Assembly: GCA_964291655.2 (NCBI GenBank)
Contig: OZ219802.1
Location: forward strand, 1,344,001-1,408,000
From: Chloroflexota bacterium
Lineage (GTDB): Bacteria > Chloroflexota > UBA11872 > VXOZ01
DNA length: 64,000 nt
Direction: 5' to 3'
Position 1 is the first letter of the stretch. Every line of letters begins with the position of its first letter. Shown here piece after piece: positions 50,751-64,000 of the stretch. Under the pieces are notes generated by a model. It was not told the origin of the DNA, did no database searches, and saw nothing but the letters and a program-made list of their open reading frames with translations. The position numbers and the translations under genes were made by a program.

Positions 50751-52124
50751 ATGAATGAGTTGTTTACGCGACGTACTTTCTTAGCCGGCACGACATTGGT
50801 CGGAGCGGGCGCACTCGCTGCGGCGTGCGGACAACCCGCGCCGGCGATGGAAGAGCAGGAGATGGCGCCGGAACAAAAGGAAGAGGCCAAGGCGGAGGCC
50901 GAAGCGCCCAGCGGCCCCCAGGGCGAGGCGCTCTACTGGCACCGCGGTTTCTTTGACTTCGAGCCATGGGCCAAGGAATTTGCAGAGCAAAATCCCGGTC
51001 TGACGTTCAATGCCGTGGGTGAAGCCGACCGCCTGAACAAATTCGTCGCGGCCGTGGCGGCGGGCAGCCCGCCCGATGCCGTGGACGTGGGCGACTGGCA
51101 GACCGTTGAGCTTGGCGTCACGGACATTTCGCAGCCGCTGAATAACTACTACAAAGCCTCGGGTGTGCTAAACCTCGCCGAATTTTGGCCCAGCGTGTTG
51201 AGCTACCTCACCGACGCGCCCACGGGTAACTTGTACGGTGCGCCGTATGCGCCGGACCTGCGCGTGATGTACATCCACGGGGATACCTATCTTGAAGTCG
51301 GCCTGGACCCCGAGAATCCGCCGTCGAGCTGGTCCGACTTCGACACCGCCATCATCCAAACCACGAAGTTTGATGGTGACACGTTGGTGCGCGCCGGGTG
51401 CCCGCCCTTTTGGGGTAGCGGCGGTACCGGACTGTGGCTGCTGCTGCTCTGGCAGTTAGGCGGCGACGTGATGGCCGACGACTGGTCGAAGGTCACCATC
51501 AATAGCCAAGAAGCAGTGCGCGCCTTGGACTGGCTGAAGAACATCCACGAAGTGCAGGGCGGTTGGGACGCGATTGCTCAATTGCGCGGCGACGGCCTCC
51601 ATCGCAACAGCCACCTGGCTGAGGCCCGCGCGGTGCACTACTACGCAACCTTTGCCGAGCGCGGCCAGTGGTTCAAAGAAAACGCGCCGGACTTGAACTT
51701 CGGCTTCACGCCATGGCCCAAGCCGGAAGGCGGCAAGGACGCCAACCTCGGCGGCAACCACACCGCCACGTTTGCTGTCAACGCGCCAAACCCGGACGCG
51801 ATGTTCAGTTGGTTTGAGTACTTCTTGAGTCCCGATACGAACCTGCGCTTTGCCAAGCAGTACGACCGCGTGCCGGTGCGCGAGGCCTCAACGTCCTCGC
51901 TGGAGTACACGGAGAACGACCCGTTCCGCGAACTGATCGCGCAGCAGATGCCGTTCCGTCACTTCTACTATTCCGGGCCTGGCGCTACCGAAGCGCGCGA
52001 CCACGCGCGGAACTTCGTGCCCGACGTAATGGCGGGCACCATCACCGCGCCGGAGGCGCTTGAAGCCGCTGAGAAAGGAATCACGGAACTGCTGGCCGGC
52101 TGGAACGAGCGGCTGGGTCGGTAG
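50751..52124 (+). CDS. ABC sugar-type extracellular solute-binding lipoprotein
   Basis: TRRTFL Tat motif, LAAAC lipobox, AGSPPD, G.LYG.P, PPSSW; AGGAGG SD. Confidence 0.9.
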   Translation: MNELFTRRTFLAGTTLVGAGALAAACGQPAPAMEEQEMAPEQKEEAKAEAEAPSGPQGEALYWHRGFFDFEPWAKEFAEQNPGLTFNAVGEADRLNKFVAAVAAGSPPDAVDVGDWQTVELGVTDISQPLNNYYKASGVLNLAEFWPSVLSYLTDAPTGNLYGAPYAPDLRVMYIHGDTYLEVGLDPENPPSSWSDFDTAIIQTTKFDGDTLVRAGCPPFWGSGGTGLWLLLLWQLGGDVMADDWSKVTINSQEAVRALDWLKNIHEVQGGWDAIAQLRGDGLHRNSHLAEARAVHYYATFAERGQWFKENAPDLNFGFTPWPKPEGGKDANLGGNHTATFAVNAPNPDAMFSWFEYFLSPDTNLRFAKQYDRVPVREASTSSLEYTENDPFRELIAQQMPFRHFYYSGPGATEARDHARNFVPDVMAGTITAPEALEAAEKGITELLAGWNERLGR

Positions 52125-52161
52125 AACATCGTCACACTCTGCAATTTGGCTGTGCATAGGG

Positions 52162-52192
52162 GAAGGGGGCTCTGCCCCCTTCTTCGTTCTTA
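52162..52192 (+). terminator. Probable intrinsic terminator
   Basis: GAAGGGGG-CTCTG-CCCCTTTC hairpin followed by a T-rich tract. Confidence 0.55.
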
Positions 52193-52485
52193 CTCGAGCA
52201 TCCTTGTCTGAGTAGGGCTAGTCTGAACAGAAGTGACAAGTGGCAATAGCTCTCACGCGAGGGAGAGAGCTAGGGTGCTGGCGAATCATTTATGAGTCAG
52301 AATTAGCGGCGACCCCAGTGCATCCCTCACGAGTACTCGTCCCGCACCTACTTGACGAAAGGAACTGCGTGCAAATGCAAACTACACAATTGCGCTGCGC
52401 AGAAGCCGACCGCCAGGACGAGGATTCGACTGACTTGGGACCGAGCTGTCGGCCTAACCTTGAACGACAGTCAAAGGCTGTAGGC

Positions 52486-53025
52486 TTAGGTGCACGAAAC
52501 GAGATCGCGTTCGTAGAATTGAGCATCCGGCAGCGGATTTATGGTGTAGGACTGAATACGCCGAAAGCCCAGAGATTCGTAGAGCCGCGTCGCGGCAGTC
52601 ATGCGCTGCATGGTGTCTAGGCGCATAGCATGGAAGTCGAGACGTTGCGCGACACAGATTGCAGCCTCGCACAGACTTCTCCCGATGCCGCTTCCCCGGT
52701 GGGATGGTCTTACGTACATCCGCTTAAGCTCACATACACCCACACCAAGATCACGGAGCGCGGCAATTCCAACCACTTCGCCCGCCCGGTCAACCACAAG
52801 CAACGCGGCGCCTCGACCGGACTCTCCGTACCGGCGTTGTGCTTCGGCCATTTCGCGATCGACATCTTGAAAGTCGACTTCAAAGCCCAAGGAATCTAGG
52901 TATTCGCGAGCGAGGTTAGTGAAAGCCCGATAGTCGTCGTGACTCTCCGCACGTCTGATGCTAATTTCGTCTGCGTCTCTGCCTTGCACGGGGCGGTCGT
53001 TCTCGCCCTCTGTCGGTGTACCCAA
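52486..53025 (-). CDS. GNAT family N-acetyltransferase
   Basis: CELKRMYVRP..RGSGIG, LDT...M.AA..LY..LGF. Confidence 0.9.
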   Translation of the reverse strand: MGTPTEGENDRPVQGRDADEISIRRAESHDDYRAFTNLAREYLDSLGFEVDFQDVDREMAEAQRRYGESGRGAALLVVDRAGEVVGIAALRDLGVGVCELKRMYVRPSHRGSGIGRSLCEAAICVAQRLDFHAMRLDTMQRMTAATRLYESLGFRRIQSYTINPLPDAQFYERDLVSCT

Positions 53026-53115
53026 CTAGGCCACAGTCTACTGTGTGATCAATTGCTGTGCCGTACCGCTTCGATAGAGCAAGCGCGCCAGTAGACTCTC
53101 CAGTACGCGCTTGAC

Positions 53116-53535
53116 TCAGGAGAACGAGACACAGGCAGTGCGCACAACCCGCAGTACGGATTCTTGGCTGAAGCGCGTCTCGTACTCTGCCGAGATTTCG
53201 TCGGTGAGGCGCATGCCCTCTTCACCCGGTAACGTCAGAATGATCAGCACCTTGGAGCGCTCACGCTTTATAACACCGTTAGAGCCGCGCCATTGTCCAG
53301 CGCCGTCTACTACCGTCAGCCCGTCAGGAAAGCGAGGCGTGACCGTATCCGCTAGGAAGGCGGCCCAGGCTTCATCGCTGACCACCTCAACGCCAGCGCT
53401 GCTGCGTCCGAAGAAGAGTTGGTATTCGGCAAAAGCATCCGTGCCTTCCGGGCAGGAGGATACGGCGTAGGCGCTGCAACCTACCAGGATAAGAACGGCA
53501 ATGGAAATCGAGAAGAGGCACAGTAATCTGCGCAC
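53116..53535 (-). CDS. DUF3574-like lipoprotein
   Basis: LVGC lipobox; LFFG, W..FL...VTPRFPDGLTV.D..GQW, F.QESVL. Confidence 0.85.
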   Translation of the reverse strand: MRRLLCLFSISIAVLILVGCSAYAVSSCPEGTDAFAEYQLFFGRSSAGVEVVSDEAWAAFLADTVTPRFPDGLTVVDGAGQWRGSNGVIKRERSKVLIILTLPGEEGMRLTDEISAEYETRFSQESVLRVVRTACVSFS

Positions 53536-53670
53536 AATGGCACCTCCGAAAAGACGGCTACATGCTCAACCTAGGCCCACGTGGGCATTCCGGTAGTTCA
53601 CAAGAGATGTTCCCTTTAGATGTATTTGCAATACCCGAACCTGCGGCCGGGGAGACCCTCTTCTCCCTGG

Positions 53671-53809
53671 CAGACCTTTGCATAACCCATCACCTATAAG
53701 GGGAAAGGATGGGATGGGGGTGAAACGAGTTGACATTATGCTATCTCTAGGTGTAAATGCGCCCTGGATTCCGGCTTTCGCCGGAATGACGGACTTACGC
53801 AAAGGTCTC
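53671..53809. mobile_element. IS5/IS1106-like MITE, second copy (139 bp)
   Basis: (C)AGACCTTTGC...GCAAAGGTCTC with CTGG on both flanks; homologous to 10543-10681. Confidence 0.8.
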
Positions 53810-54177
53810 CTGGGGAGTGTACAGACCGGGGAAATAGGGAATAGTTGCTCGTGGTGAGGGGAAAGAGATGCCGGTCCGGCCCATATTGACAGTTTGGCAA
53901 AGTTACCCAAGAGTTCCCATGCGAATGCTTCTACGAGCTCGAGCACGAATCTCGCCTAGCGTACCCGGTACCGCGCGCCTTGCGAGAACGCATGCTCTTG
54001 GCTTCGCCAGAGCTTGTCACGCGAGCATACTGAAACACAGCAATAGCTGTGAACAGTATACTGCACGCAGGCACAGTAGTAAGTAAGAGTTCGGACCCGC
54101 ATGTCGCGCGATAAGAAGAAAGTGTAGTGCAAATGCCGATGCAATCTAACGGGATTTCCCCAAGTCCTGAGCCAAGA

Positions 54178-56069
54178 ATGTTCGACGACTCCAGCGACTG
54201 GATGAGGGGTATCACCCGCACGTGGCAGTTCCTGCCGCCGGTCGACATGCGGGCTGCCATCACACCGCACGAGGTCGAGGCGGCCAGCGGACATACGTTT
54301 GTCATCACGCTGACGGCGGGGCCGGGTCTCATCCTAGCCGCAGGCGCCCATATCACGGTGGAAATCCCGGATTGCTGGGACTGCCATTTAGGCAACTGCT
54401 ATCGCCGGGGTGTGCAAACACTCGGCAGCCGCGACCAAATCCGCGCGGGCTATGGCGCGTTTGCCGACGTGGCGTGCACGAATGCTGACGTGCAGCTCGC
54501 GCTTGCTGTCTCCTATGGACGCCATCTCGATCTGCTCGACGTCGTGGTGCAAGCCGGCACGCTGCAGGCAGGAGACGAGGTGCAGATAACGCTTGGCGCA
54601 CCTGACGGCAATCTGCTGCAGGCCCAGAAGTTTGCCCAAACCGCCATTTTCAGCATCGGCGTTGACGTGGACAGCAGCGGAGAGTACCGGCGAATCGCCA
54701 ACTTCCCCACGGTGAAGGTGGTGGGCGCGCACACGGCCGACCGCTTTCGCGTCTTCGCGCCTGCCGTGGTGCAGCCGGGTGAATCATTTGACGTGCGGGT
54801 GCTGCCGGTGGATATCTATAGTTTCAATCCCGCGACGAGCTATGCCGGCGAGGCACAGGTGTTCGCGCCGGAGGGCGTGGAGACAGAAGACCGCGTGGCA
54901 GTAGACAAAACAGCGCAGCCCTTAAGGCAGACCATTGCCGTTACCGCCAAGACTACCGGCGTACACACGCTCAGCGTTTTCGACCCCATCGCGGGCATCT
55001 CCGGCAGGAGCAATCCCGTCGGTGCAGGTTTCTTGCCGGACCGGGGGGTTACTTTGGCGAGATGCACAGCCAGATGTGGCACAGCATGGGCACAGGCACG
55101 ACAGAGGAGTTCTTTAGATGGGGACGGGACGTGGCCGGACTCGACTTCTGCGCGCCTGCCAATCACTACAACTGGCGCTTTGAGGTTAATGACGACATCT
55201 GGCAGGGGCTCGTCCACGACTGTAATCGTCACAACGATCCCGGCCGGTTCGTCACGCTGGTCAGCTTCGAGTGGGGCGGCATCGGCGGCAGCGGACACAA
55301 GAACATCTACTACCGGGGGGATAGCGGGCCGTTCCACTATTGGTACCAGGGCGAGCACCGCGATCCCAACGCGCTTTGGGAGGATATGGCGGCACGCGGC
55401 TTGGAGGCGCTCACCGTGCCTCACCACCCCAAGTCCATGGGCGGCGCCGACTGGCGCTTCCGCAACGACCGCTATCAACGACTGGTCGAAATCTGTTCCA
55501 TGTGGGACATTGCGGAAGAGTCCGGGCCGCTCAGCGTGCAGGCCGCCTTGGCGATGGGACACCGCCTCGGATTTGTCGGCGGCACGGATAGCCATTACGG
55601 TCTGGCCAACCAGGGCAGCTTTCACGTGAACGACGGCAACGGCCTGGCGTGCGTCGTGGCACCTGAGCTTACTCGTGAATCAATCTGGCAGGCGCTCTAC
55701 GACCGCCGCTGCTACGCGACCACCGGCGACCGCATCCTGCTGGACTTCACCATTGACGACAAGCCAATGGGGAGCGACAACGCCGCCGACCTAAACAGTG
55801 TAGGGCCGCGCCGCCTACGCATGCGCGCAGCAGGCACCGCGCCGTTCACCAGCGTCGAGGTCATCCGCAACAACCAGGTGGTCTTCAGCGCCGACCCACA
55901 CAGCGATGTGTGGGAAGATGAATGGACCGACACCGCCGACCTCGCCGCCGTCGCCTTTTCACCCACGTTTCCGAACGACCGCCCGTTCGTCTACTACTAC
56001 CTGCGCGTCTACCAAGCCAACCGCCAACGCGCGTGGAGCAGCCCGATCTGGTTCACGCAGGCGGGGTAA
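54178..56069 (+). pseudogene. Frameshifted DUF3604/PHP-like metallohydrolase
   Basis: N-terminal ORF changes frame at GGGGGGTTAC (55043-55052) into YFGEMHSQ, LDF....H, EW...GHKN.Y, PHH, GFVGGTDSH, YATTG, AWSSPIW. Confidence 0.7.
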
Positions 56070-56198
56070 GACCTATAGCAGTTCTGATATTGATTTGCCT
56101 TGAACCAATCCAAAGAGACCCAGAAAGCACGTGCCGTTGTGCTTGGGTCTCCGAAGGGCGAGTAGACTGTCAAGAGAGTCTATTGGGAAGGCCCAGTC

Positions 56199-57017
56199 TT
56201 ACTCGGGCGTGCGCTGCAGGGCTTCTTCAACGCGCCGCAGGGAGTCTTGGGTCGTGCGCAGTTCCTGGAGCAGTTCATCTCTGGATGATGGCACTTTCAA
56301 CGTTCGCAGACGCTCTTCCTTGGCTTCGTCCATGGTGCTCACTACAACGGCAATGAACAGGTTGGCCCCGATGAACGTGGTTATTATTACGAAACTGACA
56401 AAGTAGACCCAAGCGAACGGCACTGCATTGAGCGCAGTTTGCATGATGTCTGACCAGCCGTCCAGTGTTACCACCTGAAAGAGCGATAGTACGGAATCGC
56501 CCAGCGTTCCCCAGTGTTCCGGGTCGTGATCCCCAAGAAGACTATTTCCGTAAACGGCGTACAGATAGATAACGATGCACAGCAGCATCAGGATGTGCGC
56601 CATGTCCGGTATGGAGCGAAACATCGTTGTAAGGATTAAGCGCATCGCCTTGATAGTCGTTAAGCCCTGGAGCAGCCGCAACAGGCGCACGACAATGATG
56701 AGTAGCGCGAAGTCGGCGGCAAACTCAAAGACTGCAATACCGCCTATGATTGCAGTGATTACGAGAAAGTCAAAGACGTTCCAGGGCTCCCTAAAGTACC
56801 GGTCTATTCGTGGCGCAACCGCGACTATCTTGAGAATCACTTCCAGCACGAGCACGAGCAGCATAAGAATGACGAACAGGCCTATCCAGACTTGGTACTG
56901 TTCAAGTAGGTCATCAAAAGTAGCCACCCCGTGCAGAATCGACGTACCGACAATGAGCAAGACGAGGATGTATTCGAACATCCGTGCGTGTACGATACGG
57001 TGCGCTAAGCTTCGCAT
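56199..57017 (-). CDS. Bacterial 6TM voltage-gated-type cation channel (BacNav/Cav family)
   Basis: WNVFDF in S3, RLLRLL in S4, pore SLFQVVTLDGWSD, NLFIAVVV in S6, C-terminal coiled coil. Confidence 0.92.
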   Translation of the reverse strand: MRSLAHRIVHARMFEYILVLLIVGTSILHGVATFDDLLEQYQVWIGLFVILMLLVLVLEVILKIVAVAPRIDRYFREPWNVFDFLVITAIIGGIAVFEFAADFALLIIVVRLLRLLQGLTTIKAMRLILTTMFRSIPDMAHILMLLCIVIYLYAVYGNSLLGDHDPEHWGTLGDSVLSLFQVVTLDGWSDIMQTALNAVPFAWVYFVSFVIITTFIGANLFIAVVVSTMDEAKEERLRTLKVPSSRDELLQELRTTQDSLRRVEEALQRTPE

Positions 57018-57225
57018 GCCTTCGCTCCTCCTCGTGGCAAGAAATACACTATCGGGCTAGTCGTTTGTCACCATTATAGTGACGGCTACACCGATTTCAG
57101 TTTGCTGGGCGCATCTTACCAATAGAAGTGCAGGCCCGCTTGTTCGCGGAAATCCACCAGGGTCACCACGGGTGCGGTGAGGAGCGCCGGGGCAACGAAA
57201 GAATAAAGAAACGAAAGCGCTCGAT

Positions 57226-58104
57226 ATGAGTCGACGCGTGTTGCGCAAGCAGCTTATCGCGGCAATCGAAGCGGGAGATGAGAACCGGGTCGCCGAGATT
57301 GCTGCCGCTGACCCTACCATTGTCAATGCGGCAAACTCGCACGGTCACGTCCCGCTTGGCGCTGCCATTGGCACCGGCTGCCTCGAACGCGTCAAGCAGT
57401 TGGTCGTGCTGGGCGCCGATCCAAGCCATGCCTACCACGGTCGCACCTTGCTGGATGCGGCGGCGTTTAGCGGGCACGCGGACATCTTCCGCTATCTCGT
57501 CTCGTTCGGCATGCAGCCAAGCGTCCATCACGCCGCTGCACTTGGTGAATTCCGCCTCTTGGGACAGATGTTGACGGAAAATCCAGCCTTGAGGGAACCA
57601 ACGGCAGCAGGTGGCCGTTGGCGCATCACGCCGTTGCACGCTGCCGTGATCGCAGGTAACCGCGAAACCGTAGAGTTTCTGCTTGGGCAAGACGTGCCGG
57701 TGGACGCACGGAACCACAACGGCCACACCGCACTGGCACTGGGCGCGGAGCATCCTCCGAAGGAAAACCGCGCACCCATCGCCGAACTGCTGCTTGCCCA
57801 CGGCGCGGAAGTAGACGCCGCTGCCGGACATCACGGCGGCACTGTGCTCCACCGTGCCGTCATCCACGGCGACGTTGCCTTGGCCCGCTTGCTGCTGGAG
57901 CACGGCGCCGGCCCGAACCGCCAGGATTGGTCGGGCAAGACGCCGCTCCATCACGCGGTGGCCAAGAATCGAAAGCTTGTGGAATTGGTGCTGGCATTCT
58001 CACCGAATCTTGCGTTGGAATCCCGCGACGGGGAGACACCGTTGCAGTATGCGCGACGTTTGCGAAAACGTGCGCTCGTGCAACTGTTGAAGGTTGGGGA
58101 GTAG
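57226..58104 (+). CDS. Ankyrin repeat protein
   Basis: Repeated TPLH.A, LL..GA.VD and G.TPL motifs. Confidence 0.92.
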   Translation: MSRRVLRKQLIAAIEAGDENRVAEIAAADPTIVNAANSHGHVPLGAAIGTGCLERVKQLVVLGADPSHAYHGRTLLDAAAFSGHADIFRYLVSFGMQPSVHHAAALGEFRLLGQMLTENPALREPTAAGGRWRITPLHAAVIAGNRETVEFLLGQDVPVDARNHNGHTALALGAEHPPKENRAPIAELLLAHGAEVDAAAGHHGGTVLHRAVIHGDVALARLLLEHGAGPNRQDWSGKTPLHHAVAKNRKLVELVLAFSPNLALESRDGETPLQYARRLRKRALVQLLKVGE

Positions 58105-58366
58105 GCGCGAACGACGCAATCTTCCTTTTCTCACCCGGCACAGTACGTCGCAAAAGGCGCATAGAGAATCTGGCAATTCGCTCGCAATTGCTATGAAATT
58201 AGCCGCTACATCATCCGTCATTCCGGCTTTCGCCGGAATCCATCTTTATCAATTTGCAGTCAAGAGTGACGAGCGGGGGACGAGCCCCAATGCTGTCGCT
58301 CTGACTTTCTTGGCAAAGAACATGGCGTTCTCATTACCTTACAATTCCGGTAGCGCAGGCCCTTCG

Positions 58367-58464
58367 GAGACCTTCGCATCACCCTTGCCGGGGCGGGAAA
58401 GTCCCCTCTCCCCAAGGTGAGGGAGTAGCTCGTGCGCCTCCGGCCGGGTTTACGCAAAGGTCTC
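58367..58464. mobile_element. Short GAGACC...GGTCTC MITE variant within a repeat cluster
   Basis: GAGACCTTCGCA...CGCAAAGGTCTC with CTTCG/CTTAG flanks and a different interior. Confidence 0.6.
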
Positions 58465-58869
58465 CTTAGGCAGAGCCTGTGTTGAGCACTTCGACAGGTT
58501 CAGCATAGGTTTGCAACCCGTATCGAGTACGGGGCAGGCTCCGCGCCTGTTGCAGGGTCTTACCCTTGCGCACCCGTTTCTATCAGAGGAAATGTTAGAA
58601 TCACCCCTTGTGCAGCTGACGTGGTCGCACTTCCGCGTACGCTGGCGGGGGACAAGCCCGCGCCCGACACGTTGCCGTGAGTGCACAGGTGCGAAACGGC
58701 GCAGAATTCACGACACCTGCCCTCGCTCCTAGTGACGAGAGTGATGAGTCTCCGCGTGGAGTATCGGCTCTCTGCTTTCCCACCGCAGGGCGGTGTGGTA
58801 GAATGCCCGTAATCATTGAGGCGACTTTCCGCTTGCTCTTTCCCCACTAGTTTCGGAGTGCAGATTGGC

Positions 58870-61316
<2,447 letters not shown>

Positions 61317-61558
61317 CAGCGCAGTTTGCGGCTCCCGCGTCCCTCGAATCACGTGTGCTCTTCCCCCGCCGGTGTATGGAAACGAGTGCTCTGGTGCAGA
61401 TAGCTCCAAGAGCGGAGGTTACGGTCGCTAGTCTCGTCCGGACGCAATGCTTAGTGGGACCAATCCTTGGAGCGCCATAGCCACCCACGGCGAGTATGTG
61501 TAGTCCGGCGTGCAAGATGTCCGAAAGAACGTGTAGTGCATGTATAGAGAGCGTAAAC

Positions 61559-62599
61559 ATGGATGAAAATGGCCTCGCAGGCCTTGGCGTAGCAGTGATC
61601 GGCTTTGGCGTGGGGCGCAGCCACATGCGCGCGTATCGGGAGATCCCCGGTGTGCGGCTGGTTGTACTCTGCGATACCGACGAGGAGCGGCTGGCGCAGG
61701 CGCGGCAGGAGTTCGACGGCATCGCCACGACGAGCGACGTCGAGGAAGCCGTGAGCCGCGACGACGTACATGTGGTATCGGTCTGCACACCCGACCACCT
61801 GCACTACGAGCATTGTCTCGCTGCCCTCGCCCACGGCAAGCACATCCTCTGCGAGAAACCCATGACCACCAGCGAGCCGCACGCGTGGGACCTCGTACGA
61901 CGGGTCAGAGAGGCTGACGTGCGCTTTGCCGTAGGCAACGTCAACCGCTTCGTGCCGCAGTTCGCGGCCATCCACCAATTTGTGGAGGAGGGGCGGCTGG
62001 GCGAGCTCTTCTTCGTGGAAAGCGATTACATCCACGACATGCGCAACGTCTACCAACGCACGCCCTGGCGGGCCGATCCGGTGAACCCCCAAGACCCGTG
62101 GTTCGGCGGCGGTGTGCATCCCATGGACTTGGTGCGTTGGGTTGCGGGCGACGTGACGGAAATCACCCTGTACGCGAACAAGTGCGCCAGCACGCCGGAG
62201 TTCCCCCTGCCGGATACGTATATCAGCATCCTCAAGTTTGCCAACGGCTGTCTCGGTAAAGTGTGGGAGACGTCGGCCATTCGCCGTGTGCCGGGGCACG
62301 TGGTGAACTTCAACGCCTACGGCGCGGAAGGCACCATGCTTACCAATACGCTGGAGATGGAAGCGAAACTTTGGCTCAATTGGGGCGTGGAAGGCCAATC
62401 GGGCGCGCAGACGCTGCCGTTCCGGCGCACCATCGGCCATCCGGTGTTGGACGAACTGACGCACTTGGTGGAGTGCATTCGCACCGGTAAAACCCCGCTG
62501 GTGGATGACCTGGAAGGCGCGAAAACAGTGGCGACCCTGGCGGCAGGCCTGCGCTCGCTGGAAAGTGGACAGCCGGAGCAGGTGAACTCCGGGCCGTGA
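61559..62599 (+). CDS. Gfo/Idh/MocA family oxidoreductase
   Basis: VIGFGVG, TPDHLH, GKHILCEKPM, GVH.MD. Confidence 0.92.
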   Translation: MDENGLAGLGVAVIGFGVGRSHMRAYREIPGVRLVVLCDTDEERLAQARQEFDGIATTSDVEEAVSRDDVHVVSVCTPDHLHYEHCLAALAHGKHILCEKPMTTSEPHAWDLVRRVREADVRFAVGNVNRFVPQFAAIHQFVEEGRLGELFFVESDYIHDMRNVYQRTPWRADPVNPQDPWFGGGVHPMDLVRWVAGDVTEITLYANKCASTPEFPLPDTYISILKFANGCLGKVWETSAIRRVPGHVVNFNAYGAEGTMLTNTLEMEAKLWLNWGVEGQSGAQTLPFRRTIGHPVLDELTHLVECIRTGKTPLVDDLEGAKTVATLAAGLRSLESGQPEQVNSGP

Positions 62600-63078
62600 G
62601 AGGGCAGCGGTCAGCAGATAGCGCTAACGCAGAGAGATAAGGCTTGGGTATGTTGCGCGTTTAGGCGGTGGGGTTTCTCTTCCGTCATTCCCGTGAAAAC
62701 GGGAATCCATCTTGAGCTTCCACGGTACCAACGTAGGGGCACGATATGTCGTGCCCCTACACCTTTCTGTGCCAGCAGGGATTGAGTTTCTTGCCCTCAC
62801 CCCGGCCCTCTCCCAGCGGGAGAGGGTGTATTCGCGGGTAAATTCCTTGTCGTGAAAGGGCAGCGATCAGCAATCTGCGCAACCGCAGGGAGATGAGGGT
62901 TGGGCAAGGTGTGCGTTTGGCCGGTGGGGTTTCTGATCCGTCATTCCCGTGAAAACGGGAATCCCTATTAAACTTCCACGATACCACCGTAGGGGCACGA
63001 TATATCGTGCCCCTACGCACATTCCAATTCCGCGAGTGTCAAAATCCCCTCACCCTAGCCCTCTCCCCAGGAGAGGGA
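62595..63078. repeat. 256-bp tandem duplication of a three-palindrome cassette
   Basis: GTCATTCCCGTGAAAACGGGAATCC + GTAGGGGCACGATATRTCGTGCCCCTAC (62733 and 62989) + CCCTCACCC..CCCTCTCCC, each present twice. Confidence 0.88.
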
Positions 63079-63289
63079 ATCGGAAGAGCCCATTGCACGT
63101 TTGCCCTCTTCCCATAGGGACCTTTGCGAAACCCCATTCCCCTTGATGGGGAAGGTCGGGCCGGGGGGCGAACAGTGGCTGCATTGCAAGCAACCGTTGT
63201 CTGTTCAAGCTCCTCAGGATCCCTCGCCCCCGCGGGGCGCACTCGCGCCGGATTTACGGATTCCCCGGCCTTTTAGGTTAAGCCTGGCT

Positions 63290-64000
63290 TCAGTCCAGCA
63301 CCTGGGTGGCGACCTTCCACAGACCTTGGACCACGTCGGCGCAGTCTCCCTCGGTGTAACTAGGCGCAATGGCAATGTTCACGGCGCGGGCCATAACTTC
63401 TTCCGTGCGCGGGCAGAGGCCGGGAGCGTACTCCTGCGTGAGTGCGCCGACCGCCGGACGGTAATTCTGCAGCGCCTCGATGGTGTAGACCGGTTTGCCG
63501 CCATAGACGTGCCGCGCCGGAATGCCTTCCGCGCGGAGCGCCTTCACGAATGGTCCGGTGTTCTCGGGATCGTCCAGCAACAGGCCAAACGCCACGCCCG
63601 CCACGCCATCGGGATCGGGCAGGTGACGCAACGTCACGCCGGGCAGTCCCGCGACTTCGCGCTTGATCGTATCGTGGGCATGCCGCATATGGTCGATGAT
63701 ACCCGGCAGCTTGCGAAGTTGCGCCAGCGCCAGGGCGCCGGCGAGTTCGCCCATGCGGTAGACCTCACCCGGAAATGCGTCGAGCTGCCCGGGCGGGTAG
63801 GCGGTCAAATCGCCCATGGTGTCGTCCGGCGCGCTCGTCTCGATGGTCATGCGCCCAAAACGGTAGTTGCCGTGGTCGTGATAGCGTACCGCCCGCTCGA
63901 ACATCGCCGGCTCGCTGGTGGTGACAAACCCACCCTCGCCAGCGGTGATGATCTTGTTGACCTGCAGGCTAAATGCGCCCACATCGCCCCACGCGCCGAT
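63290..64000 (-). CDS. DegT/DnrJ/EryC1/StrS aminotransferase (5' part outside window)
   Basis: GAFSLQ.NKIITAGEGG, YRMGEL.GA....QL.KL, L.AEGI. Confidence 0.9.
   Translation of the reverse strand: MGAWGDVGAFSLQVNKIITAGEGGFVTTSEPAMFERAVRYHDHGNYRFGRMTIETSAPDDTMGDLTAYPPGQLDAFPGEVYRMGELAGALALAQLRKLPGIIDHMRHAHDTIKREVAGLPGVTLRHLPDPDGVAGVAFGLLLDDPENTGPFVKALRAEGIPARHVYGGKPVYTIEALQNYRPAVGALTQEYAPGLCPRTEEVMARAVNIAIAPSYTEGDCADVVQGLWKVATQVLD

Noticed and set aside
58334-58348. TTACCTTACA|ATTCC as a seventh MITE end
   Set aside because: The match is too short and needs a 6-bp deletion; no partner end was seen.

Overview
A GC-rich bacterial chromosome segment, probably Chloroflexota and possibly host- or sponge-associated. 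Both are inferences from gene content: plant-type LRR, ankyrin, PQQ-propeller and Cache lipoprotein genes. Housekeeping genes (hisD, hisB, mutS2, rsfS, nadD, purD, pyrG, tRNA-Met, tRNA-Ile2) alternate with catabolic and ABC-transport genes and three compositionally distinct defence-like islets: a single-chain R-M enzyme plus an orphan, a 3-gene PIN operon, and an OLD-family nuclease. The most striking structure is non-coding. The intergenic DNA holds at least five families of palindromic repeats and five complete copies of a 241-268 bp non-autonomous element. This element has 28-bp TGT...ACA terminal inverted repeats and in every copy has inserted at the GGAAT pentamer of a GGAATGAC-ending palindrome, creating a 5-bp target duplication. 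It carries the same target motif internally and appears nested at 34.4-34.8 kb. No transposase, Cas or reverse transcriptase gene is visible in the window. All protein calls come from motif reading, not database searches.
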